In this document: positions 40,021 to 51,818 of the stretch, piece by piece | Numbering within the stretch: position 1 is the stretch's first letter | How the letters are laid out: each line of letters starts with the position of its first letter | Source of the DNA: Octopus sinensis | Taxonomy: Eukaryota | Direction: 5' to 3' | NCBI RefSeq assembly: GCF_006345805.1 | Contig: NC_042999.1 | Coordinates: 139,004,001-139,068,000, forward strand | Length of the DNA stretch: 64,000 nucleotides | Position numbers and translations under genes: made by a program | The notes under the pieces: generated by a model | Databases searched by the model: none | What the model was told of the DNA's origin: nothing | What the model saw: only the letters and a program-made list of their open reading frames with translations

Positions 40021-40404
40021 TATGTAAAGACATGAGACTGTAAAGACATGAAGCTGTAAAGCACCACTATTAGAATAAGTGATAGTTGTTCAGTCCCAGG
40101 TCAACCTTGACTGATCAGACTAATGATGAGAGAAATCTTATTCCTGATTATCCCATCTCTGTTGGAGTGTCTCAGACTGCTACACCTAATGCCACTTGCA
40201 ATTCTAAGGGTAAGGTGTAATTTGAGAAATTTAGCTAGTATTTTTATCAGATCGAGTGACTACTTAAGGGCTTCCCTGTTCACTTAAAGTAGTAACCTTC
40301 AGAGGTTATAACAAAATGTCAGCTCTGTTACATTGCTGCAAAACATTCTTTGGAATCATGTGGTAATTTTTTAGAGTATTAACCCCATTTCAAGGGTGTA
40401 TATC

Positions 40405-40775
40405 CTTTTATTGGTTTTAGTCATTTTGATCAGGAACCATGCTAGGATACCGTAATATGGGTTTTAGTCGAGTAAACCGACCGTAGTACTTATTTTAAAG
40501 TCTGATACTTATTCTATAGGTTTTCCTTTTGCCGAACTGCTACGTTATCGGAATATAAACAAACCAACACTGGTTGTCAAGCAATGAGAGACAGTCGCAA
40601 ACAAGCATATGTACACACGGCTTTCGTACATTTTTTGTTTACCAAATTCATTTACAATGCATTGGTCAGTTCTGGCCATTGTAGAAGACATAGGCTTAAG
40701 GAGCCGGACATTGGAACTGAAACCGAAACTATGTGATTGCAAAGTGAAATTTTTAACCACACAATCACAATTGCA
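40405..40775 (-). mobile_element. SINE family A copy (diverged)
   Basis: Colinear with family A body and tail. Confidence 0.65.
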
Positions 40776-41390
40776 CGTATTTATAGTTACACTATGTTTA
40801 ACCTCCGACAGTTGTATATACATTCCTCCATGCCGGATTCAAACACGTAACATTTCTACAGTCTAAATTTTTCCGAGACCGACTTTGCCTATCATCTCCG
40901 GTGTCGATAAAATAAGTACTTTGTTACGTACTTGTTACGTACTGGAGTTGATTTAATTATATAAGCGCGACACCTAAGTTTTTGACCTTGTGCTTGTATC
41001 AAAATGTTTTTATAAACGAAAGGTAGTAAGATCTTATTCCTCTAACCTGCCAGTATTAACGGCTTATTGGATAAACAGGCTAGTACACGTGTAAAGAATT
41101 ACTGGGAAACAGTTATATCTCTTATCATGGCATTTTCTAAGCCCTGCTGAGAGTTGTAGGCGTTTGACACCAGAATAGCCTTGATTAACCAGTTATACTG
41201 AAAGCATTTCATCTATGATCATTCCGTCTTTCTGTAAGAACTACATGTCTTAAGAGTTGTCAGCGCTGAATTAATAATCAAGCAAAATAAGCACGTGTTT
41301 AGGGCATCAAGGGAAAGGGAAGGGGCACCACAGAGATGATAAATGGTTTACGACACAGAAGAATTCACTTGCTCAATGAGGTTTCGAAGT

Positions 41391-41605
41391 GTTTAAACCG
41401 GCCATATCTGGCCCAAATATTCTATATGTTTTATATTCAAACTGGGAATATCTAGCCTCTCACACATAACCTACTTTGACATTCTAAAAATAAACAATCA
41501 CATCATTGAAACCTCAATGCTATAAGATAATGCATGATTAATTCAAAACAATTTGAGCGGAAAAGTTTTACATTTAACAGAGTAATCTGAACACTAAAGG
41601 GTTAA
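41391..41605. mobile_element. piggyBac-like MITE family D
   Basis: Interior shared with 8631-8853 and 20715-21199; right end CTAAAGGGTTAA. Confidence 0.7.
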
Positions 41606-42419
41606 ATGATCGGAGATGTAATTTCGAAGTGATTATGGTGTCATAGTGAAGATCTGATCAAAGACTTTGCAATTAAAAAACGAGAAAACTTTTCATATAT
41701 AAAAAAAGTGGAAGTACACAAAAATAAACATTAATTTCTATCTTACTGTTAGTTTTGTTTCATTTTGAAAAATAAAAGTTTATTTTATGGTTTATTATTG
41801 TTTATATTTTGAATTTCATATACATTGAGGCACCAAAATTGTTTACGTGTTTAGGGGTCTCAATCAGGCTCCGAGTGTCGTTCATGCATTAAAATAATGT
41901 TGGCGCTTCTTGTCTAATGTAATAATAATAATAATGAAATTATTGTAAAAAGCGCGTATAAAGTATATGCAGTAATGTACAAATGTCTGGAAAGTGAACA
42001 GTATATGAGTCAGATACATGCTTGCGTGTGTATGGAGGGGAGAAAATCTTCAATTCACATTTAAAATGTTTTCTAGGAAAATTACATCAACTCATTACTT
42101 GACTGAAACTTTATTTTATCGAAGAATGAAAAGCAATATTGACCTTGGTGGTATTAGAAATTAGAAATGTAACGGTTGGTAACTAAATACGCATGCATTT
42201 TGAGCGACAATTCTAACAATTCTACCTTTCAAGGATCAGTTCGTGCTAAAGTGTCTGGATTGATTTTTTTTTTTTCGCGAGAGAGTGTGTGTGTGTGTGT
42301 GTGGTGACAACATCTACAACCTTTACCCTCTTTCTCAGATTAGTGAGGTTAGTATAGTTGAAAACAATGACCCAATTGTTGCTGCAGTCTCAGGTGCTGT
42401 ATATAGCCAGGCAAAAGCT

Positions 42420-42810
42420 TTTTTTTTTCTACTCTAGGCAAAAGGCCCTAAATTTTGAGGGAGGGGGGGTCACTCGATTAGATCAACTCCAGTATGCAAC
42501 TGGTACTTAATTACTCGACCCCGAAAGGATAAAAGGCAAAGTCGACCTCGGGGGAATTTAAACTCAGAACATAAAGACAGACGAAATACCTATTTCTTTA
42601 CTACCCACAAGGGGCTAAACATAGAGAGGACAAACGGATTAAGTCGATTATATCGACCCCAGTGCGTAACTGGTACTTATTTAATCGACCCCGAAAGGAT
42701 GAAAGGCAAAGTCGACCTCGGCGGAATTTGAACTCAGAACGTAGCGGCAGACGAAATACTGCTAAGCATTGCGCCCGGCGTGCTAACATTTCTGCCAGCT
42801 CGCCGCCTTC
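42420..42810 (-). mobile_element. SINE family B, dimeric form with duplicated core
   Basis: Two tandem copies of the ...gaccccgaaaggat(a/g)aaaggcaaagtcgacctcgg... core behind one tRNA-like head. Confidence 0.85.
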
Positions 42811-43599
42811 CAGACAAACGCTTTTACATTCACTGTAAGCCATGTAAAGTGTATGACAATTGTTGTTATGTGACATAGTTGACCTTATGTAAAACGTGGG
42901 TACACTAGTTAACGAGGAATTTGGACGTAGTCCTTTGATATGTTAAAACAAAATAAACAGATCGTTCTCAAATTGCAACCCACCCGTATGAAATGTCGTT
43001 CTGAATATATGAGATGGTAAAAATGGAACGTTATTAACGCAGCTCTGATTGATAAGGATTGACATCTGACCTGAGATTACGTATGGATATAATTTATGCC
43101 TATAGATTACCACATTGGATAAAAAATTTAATTTAACTCGAATATATCAGCAACGCATCCTTTATCACCTTTACCTCCCACTCGAAATTGGTGGATGGAC
43201 TGGTGAATCACTAGACCTAATCGTGGCAGGATATACAGAACTCGTAAACACAAAACTTTGAACTGCTTGTCAGTTATCGAGTCCAGTTGTCTTCTGTTGT
43301 GAAAACACGGTTTAACACGATACTTTTACTGATTAAAGTTACTGTAGTAATTAACTATAGAATACCAATTATGTTATAACTAATTGTTTATATGTTTAAA
43401 GACAGAAACCATCGTCTCTTGCCAAGAAGATCTTTTCTAACTTTGTAGCCCTTTATCTGCCACCAATGAAGCAACTGAACCCTAATTAGCACTCCTGCTG
43501 ATAAAACTATCACATTTGCTACAAACTCACTTTGAACACTTGAAACAAAAATCCTGTCTAGCTTATCTTATTGACTCCTACCTCTACGTGCAAAATACT

Positions 43600-44320
43600 G
43601 CCGAGTCTGCGAACTTCGCTGATCACTTCAGTCACCGAGGTGGCTGGTTCTGACGATGTTTCATCTGTCACCTGCTCTGTATACTCCAGAACTGGTTCTT
43701 GTCCTCACCAAATTCTTCAAATGTGACTTCTGCACGGGCATATACCGTCATCTTATGGAAACACGCGACAGCGTGTATCCTTAAAAGAGGAAACTTCTCT
43801 TACGACACCAAACAAAAACCTGTTATCCAATATGTCGAATGTTATGGAAACAATTGCAGACAACTACTTATTTGCAGGGCCTAGAAGAGGTGGAGGACAA
43901 CAGGTACATTGTTTCAGGTTTCATCTGCTTTGATAATCGGCGGTGGCTTGGTTAGCGAATCCTTTGCGAAGGTCGACAATCGACGGCAAGATGAGCTGCT
44001 ACGGATCACACTATCCCAAAGTGTATATGCAGGGATCACATGTGAACTTGCTTTCCGACTGAACTTTACACCTCAACAACGAGTGACGACTATTGCTATG
44101 GCGGCCGCGCTATCCGATGCGCTTGCTCATCCAGTAGGGTATTTGTCAAATTTGCAAGCTAGAAATTTGGGCCGCAGACTGAAGCATTACATTACTTTGT
44201 CTGCTGGAACGTTATGGCCGACCGTCGGATGTGGTCAGCATTCGTGAGGAACATAGTGAACTCGTTGCTAGGAGTCAGCTCAGCCTACCCTGGGCGAATG
44301 CCGCTGCAAGTACAAGTAAG
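43600..44320 (+). mobile_element. Degraded 3' part of an RTE-like LINE
   Basis: Frame-hopping similarity: GSDDVS, LEEVEDNRYIV, MADRRMWSAFVR, then a CAAGTACAAGTAAG tail. Confidence 0.5.
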
Positions 44321-44542
44321 TTTCAGATTTCGGAGACTCAAAGAGGAGCCTGTAACAATCTGGTGGGGCCCTAGCTAAAACCCAAACCTCGCAACCTCTT
44401 GAAGTTTGAGCGGACTCCTTCCTGGGGATTGAAACCAGTCACTGCAAGATATTTGTTCATCTCGCTAGTGATTCCATCAACCCCACTGCCTTAGAATGCG
44501 TGAAGACTGCAATAAATTTATTCAGGCTAAAGGTGTAGCAAA

Positions 44543-45208
44543 CAGTGGTGGCTCGTAGATAAAATTAGTAGGGATGCTGCTTCAGAAAATTTTTAGCCAT
44601 TGTGTAAAAGGAAACAAATATATAAAAAGAAACGTTATACTTAAACTTGATCGGTTCGCGTTTTAGCCACTGCCGGGTCGTGTGTTTAATTTGTTCACTG
44701 AATACCGTTGCAAATTCCCCCTTGTTTTTCAAAAATCCCCCCTAAATCACAAAATAAGGGGTTGGGGTGGTGGAAATGTGCCTTATTTTTCAAATCCTGG
44801 CAGCAACACTGAATCTGGAAGGATCTACACTTTATCACATTCAAGAATATAAACACGTTTTTAAGCACAACACACGCGGTGTCAAAAAGAAACACTACCT
44901 TTCACCCAGCACGGTCGTTCACGCAGTGCTCTCTCCCTCCCTTACGTGAAGCTTCCTATCTCGGATACGTGAGCATGCGCACAACAGCCAAACATAGCAT
45001 CATTGGAACTGTAAAGTGTACAGTTCTATGCAAGGATTTTTGTGTTTTTTTCATAAACTAGGGGATGGCTTCTGACATTGAGCTTAAGGATTATATAATG
45101 TACAAGTATAAAGACAGAATGAAAGAAAAAAAGGAGTCGTTATATTGAATGTTATAATATCGAGTGGAAATAGGGGGTGCTGCAATTCCTATACACGAAC
45201 CGTCACTG
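44543..45208. mobile_element. ~670-bp hAT MITE
   Basis: TIRs CAGTGGTGGCTCGT / ACGAACCGTCACTG. TSD GTAGCAAA (44535-44542) / GTAGCAAG (45209-45216), 7 of 8 matching. Confidence 0.8.
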
Positions 45209-45364
45209 GTAGCAAGAGAGTTGTGAAGGTCAGTCACTTCTTTCTCCAGGTGCTGTACTCAAAATTTTCTCTAGCTTTTCAGATTTAATGAGAACATTTA
45301 TGTCACTAAGTCTGGCTCTATTACCTCAGCTATATTCACAGCTGTAGATGAGTAATATATTGGT

Positions 45365-45580
45365 TTCAAATTTTGGCACAACTCGAGCAAATACGGGGGA
45401 AGCATAAATCGATTATATCGACCCCAGTGCTAAACTGGTACTTATTTTATCGACCCCCAAAAGGATCAAATGCAAAGTGGGCCTCGGCAGAATTTGAAAT
45501 CAGAACGTCAAGACGGACGAAATGTCACTAAGCATTTTCCCCGGCATGCTAACGATTCTGCCATCTCGCTGCCTTATAAG
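45365..45580 (-). mobile_element. SINE family B copy (CpG intact)
   Basis: Family B head and core. Confidence 0.85.
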
Positions 45581-46159
45581 ATGGCTAAGCTATTGATAGA
45601 ATAATTGATTTACTTGTAATTAAAGAGAGAAATTTTATTACAAAAGATATTGAAACAAGTACATGCCATCATAAATCGCAAAATGGCATTGAATGTTCCT
45701 TCGAAATTTAATATTTTCTTCTCACTAGAAGGATGTTGTGAGTGTGCGTGTGTGTGTGTTCGTGAGTGTTGCATGCCATTATATTCATCCCCATTCATGA
45801 TCACGTCTAGAAATAAAAGTAAATTCTGATTTCGATTTAAGACTGGTTTTACCAGTTGAAGCCAGATAAATTTTCAGAAAATATTTTTAACATCCACCAT
45901 ATTATATATCACTTATGTAAATGTTTACGTACACGTGTGGCCACTATGTACGTCTCGATCACTAACTGGCGAGATAAATGCATATGATGGTGCTCAACAT
46001 TGAACAACAACAACTTCAAACTTCATTGCAACAGCATAATACATACATTACACACACACAAGTGGGTGTGTAGGCGTATGTGTGTGGGTGTATGTTTATT
46101 TTTGGGTTATTCACAGAAATTTTAGAACAAAAGGACTGGTTGAAATTTATTCTTTTCTC

Positions 46160-46213
<54 letters not shown>

Positions 46214-46224
46214 GTATGGATGTA

Positions 46225-46624
46225 TTCTTTTTATTCGTTTTTTGGACTTGTTTCAGTCATTTGATTGCGGCCATGCTGGAGCACCGCCTAAAAAGTGTTA
46301 GTCGAAGAAATCTTCCCTCACGACTTAATCTTTGTAAGTCTAGTACTTATTCTATCGGTCTCTTTTGCTGAACCGTTAAGTTACGGGGACATAAACACAC
46401 CAGCATCGGTTATCAATCGATGGCGGGGGACAAACAGACACGCACAAATATATTCATACACACACACACACACACACACACACGACGGGATTCTTCCAGT
46501 TTCAGTCTACCAAATCCACTCAAGAGGTTTTGGTTGGCCTGACACTTGCTCAAGGTGCCATGCAATGGGACTAAACCTGGAACTATGCGGTTAGTAAGCA
46601 AGCTTCTTTACCACACATCCACGC

Positions 46625-46626
<2 letters not shown>
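46225..46626 (-). mobile_element. SINE family A copy
   Basis: Colinear with 47006-47420 in reverse. Confidence 0.85.
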
Positions 46627-46686
<60 letters not shown>

Positions 46687-46691
46687 ATATA

Positions 46692-46995
46692 TTACGGAGA
46701 TGTACTTACATAGCAAGTGACTTGATATGAGATCGTGTGCTGAAACAAAATCACTTGCAGCGTTGAAGGTGTTTATAAGCCATTTAAAAACACACAAAAA
46801 CCGTTAGATTCACTTCAAAATTTAAATTTAATTTGTCAAAATATTTTCGTCAGAATTTTGTCAGTGAACAGGTCGCGGTTTCAAAGCGACGAAAATATTT
46901 TGACAAATTAAATTAAAATATTGAAGTGAATCTAACGGTTTTTGTGTGTTTTTAAATAGCTTATAAAAACATTTCACGCTGCAATTGTTTATATA
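46692..46995. mobile_element. Fold-back element with 97-bp arms (46755-46851 / 46888-46984) next to (TA)n; Penelope-type inverted pLTR architecture
   Basis: Near-perfect inverted repeat with a 36-bp spacer; a hammerhead-like fold spans the spacer and right arm. Confidence 0.75.
46857..46907 (+). ncRNA. Variant minimal type I hammerhead (G3:C8 core)
   Basis: TTTGTCA GTGAACA G GTCGC ggtttcaaa GCGAC GAA AATATT T TGACAAA: 7-bp stem I, 5-bp stem II, palindromic AATATT stem III. Confidence 0.6.
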
Positions 46996-47005
46996 TAACC
47001 AAGAA

Positions 47006-47420
47006 AGGCGCAGGAGTGGCTGTGTGGTAAGTAGCTTGCTAACCAACCACATGGTTCCGGGTTCAGTCCCACTGCGTGGCATCTTGGGTAAGTGTCTTCT
47101 GCTATAGCCCCGGGCCGACCAATGCCTTGTGAGTGGATTTGGTAGACGGAAACTGAAAGAAGCCTGTCGTATATATGTATATATATATATGTGTGTGTAT
47201 ATGTGTTTGTATGTCTGTGTTTGTCCCCCTAGCATTGCTTGACAACCGATGCTGGTGTGTTTACGTCCCCGTCACCTAGCGGTTCGGCAAAAGAGATCGA
47301 TAGAATAAGTACTGGGCTTACAAAGAATAAGTCCTGGGGTCGATTTGCTCGACTAAAGGCGGTGCTCCAGCATGGCCGCAGTCAAATGACTGAAACAAGT
47401 AAAAGAGAAAGAGTAAGAAA
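47006..47420 (+). mobile_element. SINE family A, best-preserved copy
   Basis: AGGCGCAGGAGTGGCTGTGTGGTAAG head, GGTTCAGTCCC B-box-like motif, internal (TA/TG)n, AAAAGAG tail. Confidence 0.9.
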
Positions 47421-47691
47421 GAGAGAACAAATTTCAAACGTCAGTGTTCATATTCACTCAATATATTTCAAAGCATTGGGATACTTTACAAGTACGTAGG
47501 TGCATTCATATACACAAGATATAAAAATATATAAATACACAAATGTACTTGCGAGGTTGTATTTCCGTATTAAAATCAATGAGGATATCAAAATATGCGG
47601 ATGATGATTATGTAGCGGTAATCCAAATAGATGAGAAAGTTGGTATAAATGATTTTAAAGGAATCTTGAGCAGGTGCAAAGTCTAACAGCC

Positions 47692-47750
<59 letters not shown>

Positions 47751-47829
47751 TAGCCATTTATATCTACATCAAGAAGAAAAAAAAACACTCTACATGTATA
47801 AAGAAACCTTGAAGTGTCCATAGATTCTT

Positions 47830-48990
47830 AACTGAATTGGAACTTATGACTCACTATTGGGAATTGTACCTGGCTGTTGTGTGTAACAATATGTCTCCCT
47901 TTGGCCGAGATAGAAGCTATGAAATTATGCGTAGTATTCAAAAGATAGGATGAGGTGAAAAGTAGGTTGAATTGGTATCTTACAAACCTAAGCAGAAGCT
48001 CGTACCGCAATACTTGGAGTGGGATAACACAAGGGTAACGATGAGGATATTGGTGGTAACGTTGTCCCTGGGCAGATTGTCACTTTGTTGTGCAATATGA
48101 GCAGGTGATAAATGCCGAGATATCTAAGAACGATATCTAAGAACAGGTGGGATCTATATGGATATAGAATGCCATAACGTGATTTAGATCTGTGCCCCAT
48201 CGGAAGTGCAGAAAGAAAAGGAATGAAGATGCTGCAACGCAGAAAACCCAGCTGCTACATGTATGATACTAAGAGTCGTTTGAGGGATTTCTACTCAAAG
48301 TCTATCGAAGGCAGAAGAGCAGCAGCGATTACAACAATAACAATAGGCCACAGAAACTGCAGTTTTCAAAGAACTCTCGATCGGAACATCAGAAACGGCA
48401 GTAGGGAAGGTCCTGTATCCTGTGCCAAGAGGTGACTAGGAAGATGAGGTCTAAGAAGCCGACATCACCTCTCCTACCAGAAGGACCATTCAGTTCTCTT
48501 GTAATGATGACGAGGAGAAAGCTATCGGGAGTGGGGAGTAGTAAAAACAAAAAGTAGTAACAAAAATATCTCAAACGGAAAAACAGATTTAAACAGAAAA
48601 CATGAAAAACAAAGAGAAGTTCACGCCTCCTTTGAAAAAAAAAAAAGAAAAAGAAAAACAATCCAAGATCAAAAAGGCCGCCTTTTCTTTGGAAATCATA
48701 AAAGTTACGATAACGAGAGTGTCCAACAAAGAACTGGTGGACTTCTTGAAGGATATGCAAGAATAAAACGTCTTTGAGGAAGTGTAAGTTTTTGTAAAGA
48801 AATGCAGGGAGGATAGAAAAACACGGTATATATTGCCGATAAAAGCCGTATCAGCAGTCCTAGACTATACAGAAGACATTGAGCTTCTTCCTACCCAATC
48901 CAATTCGCTCGAAAATAGAACATTACATATACATGGGAAAGTAAGGGCCTCGGAGATGTGGGAGAACTCGTATCCATATGTGGGTGGGTT
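47830..48990 (+). mobile_element. Decayed LINE ORF1 (L1/Tx1-like gag-type, zinc knuckle)
   Basis: 48253-48294 reads C-Y-M-Y-D-T-K-S-R-L-R-D-F-Y. Each of the three deviations from CX2CX4HX4C is one base (TAT<TGT, CGT<CAT, TAC<TGC). It is preceded by MKML.RRKPS and followed by a basic Lys-rich tract. Boundaries are approximate. Confidence 0.55.
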
Positions 48991-49232
48991 GCACTGTCAT
49001 TTTCATCTGTCTTTAAACAATTCTTGAAATTATATCAGTTATTATATAATCATCTAATTATTTTACGTAACTTTAAAATTATGAATCATTATATTGGGTA
49101 ACAGCTCTGATTACCTGGTATTTTTATACATCTTCATATATATTTTTTTGTGACCTGTTCTTCACAAGTCTATTGTATTTATGAATAGGAGTCAGTGACA
49201 ATTATTATTATTATTATTATTATTATATTATT

Positions 49233-50230
49233 AAGGTGGCGAGCTGGCAGAATCGTTAGCGTACTGGACGAAAAGCTAATCAGTATTTCACCCGTCTCTA
49301 CATTCTGAGTTCAAATTCCATCAAGGTCGACTTTGCCTTTCATCCTTTCGGGGTCGATAAATTACGGACCAGTTGAACATTAGGGTCGATGTAATCGATA
49401 CATCCCCTCTCCAAAATTGCTGCCGTTGCGGCAAAATTTGAAACCATTATTATTATTATTATTATTATTATTAAGGCGGTGAGGTGGCAGAATCATTAGC
49501 ACGCCGGGCGAAATGCTTAGCAGTATTTCGTCTGCTGTTACGTTCTGAGTTCAAATTTCACCAAGGTTGACTTTGCCTTTCATCCTTTCGGGGTCGATTA
49601 AATAAGTACCAGTTACGCACTGGGGTCGATATAATCGGCTTAATCCGTTTGTTTGTCCTCTCTGTGTTTAGCCCCTTGTGGGTCGTAAAGAAATAGGTAT
49701 TATCCCCTCCTTATAAACTGCTGGCTTTATGCCAAAATTTGAGATCATCATTATTAAGGTGGCGAGCTGGCAGAATCGTTACCGCGCCGGAAGAAATTCC
49801 CTGCAGTATAAAGATTATGCCCTCAATCCAAATCTCGTCGAGGTTAATTTTGAGAGCATCGAGCTGTTAGAATCATTACTATGTTGGACAAATTGCTTAG
49901 CGGCATTTTTTAGGATTTTAGATTCTGATAAAATAAAGTTTAAGTACTAGAGTCGATGGTTTCGACTAGTCTTACCTCTTAAAAACTGCTGGCCTTGTAC
50001 CATAATTTGAAACAATTATTACCGTTAGCACGGGAAGGTGGTGAGCTGGCAGAATCGTTAACACGCCAAGGAAAATGCGTTGCGTCATTTGGTCCATCTT
50101 TACGTTCTGAGTTCAAATTACGCTGAGGGCGACTTTACATTTCATCCTTTCAGGGTCGATGAAACAAGTACTAGTCAAGTACTATAGTCGGTGTAATCGT
50201 TTGGCCACCTTCCCTCAAATTTCAGGCCTT
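49233..50230 (+). mobile_element. Head-to-tail cluster of SINE family B copies separated by (ATT)n
   Basis: AAGG(T/C)GG(C/T)GAG(C/G)TGGCAGAATC heads at ~49233, ~49473, ~49757 and ~50035. Confidence 0.85.
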
Positions 50231-50834
50231 GTGCCCACTAAGGTAACTAGAGCGGTCCTTCCGTTTGCCGTTCCCAGACCCCACAAAAAATACATATTGC
50301 CTATAGCAACAGCCTACAACATGAGGAAAAGTGCCGCCCCTCTAAAAATGTCATTCGGGACTGACTCCACCCACCACCTAAGCTACACTAGTGCTTGTGC
50401 CTATAGTAGAAAAAATTATTAGCACGAGATTAATTACTACGGGATGTTTTGAAAATGATCTCTTCGTTCCTGACAAGCTTGTAGGATAAAAATAGCTTCT
50501 TTTCCGAAACTATTTTGTATTTGCATAAAATAGATTTGCAATTGTATAACATAATGGTTTTCAAACAGGAAGCACTTACTGAGTCGTGGGCAGTTTGGAA
50601 TTTAAATGAAGTGAAAATACTTCTTTTTCCTTATGTAATTTGTTTTATTTTAAGGCGAGAAGTCTTTTCGCCACATTCCCTTCCTTTTCGTTGTCAAATA
50701 AATAAATGTGGGTGACAAACTAAAATAATAAAACATCTCATGAACTTCTCTGCAGTAATAAGGACACTAAGACTTGACATTTTATGTAGGTGGTTATATT
50801 TTTAGGTTAAAACAATATCTGACATCATTTATTC

Positions 50835-51210
50835 TTTCTGTCTTTACTTATTTCAGTCACTGAACTGCGGCTATGCTGGGGTTTCCTCCTTGAAGGGGTT
50901 TTAGTCGAACAAATCGACCCCAGTACTTATTTTTTATCAAGCCAGGTACTTATTCTATCGGTTACTTTGAGCTGAACCGCTAAGTTACGGTGAGCGTAAA
51001 CAAACCAACAGTTGTCACGTGGTAGTAGAGGCAAATATACAAAATACACACGCATACACGATGAGCTTTTTTCAGTTTATGTCTGCCAGATCCATTCAAG
51101 GCCTTAGAGCTATACTAGAAGACACTCGCCCGAGGTGCCGCGCAGTGGGACTGAATCTGAAATCATGTGGTTAGGAAGTAAAGGTCTTACTACAGACCCT
51201 CGTATGCGCT
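50835..51210 (-). mobile_element. SINE family A copy
   Basis: Colinear with family A. Confidence 0.8.
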
Positions 51211-51818
51211 TATTTGGAAAAATAAATTACATTTTAGACTATGAGCACTGTTAAAAGGAGTGGAGCACGTTGCAGGTTCAGATATCGATGCGATTTCAAT
51301 TCTGGAGAAGGAATTGCGATATACTTCACTTTCTTGTTAATGTCTTTGAGAAAGGTTTGAACAATATTTCTCATTAAACATTACTCCCAAATTAAGGCCT
51401 TTGTATCCCGTGGGCAAGAACAAGTGCTTTTATGATTGGTATATTTAATATGAATGTAAATGTTGTACAATAGTGGTAAGCTGTCGGAAAACCGTGTCGA
51501 TATTGTGCATGTAAAACCCATTTAAGCTATTTTCACTGACATCTCGCGCATTTGATATGGTCCGATCTAGGGCTAAATAGAACAAGTAATAATTAATACA
51601 AAATAACAACACTGCAAGAACAAGAGATGTTGGCGAGTGAATTTGATGGTGCTTGATATATAACCTGGAGAGAATGATGGCAGAGTCAATCCCAGCATTC
51701 TCTCGATTTTGTCATCCTGTGTCCTCCTTCTTCCCAATATAGTTTCTTACGTAGATACAACGACAGAAATTTGGAGGGGAGGAGATTAGTCAATTACTGT
51801 AATCCCAGTACTTGGATA

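Noticed and set aside
43909-44247. 112-aa ORF in a GC-rich island
   Set aside because: It overlaps decayed RTE-like RT motifs in several frames and has no convincing splice context.
4719-47060. tRNA-like sequences (SINE heads at 4719, 8021, 36284, 37154, 39753, 47006 and others)
   Set aside because: They lack complete cloverleafs and continue into SINE bodies, so they are not tRNA genes.
48389-48760. 123-aa Phe-rich minus-strand ORF
   Set aside because: It is the antisense of an A-rich decayed ORF1 remnant.
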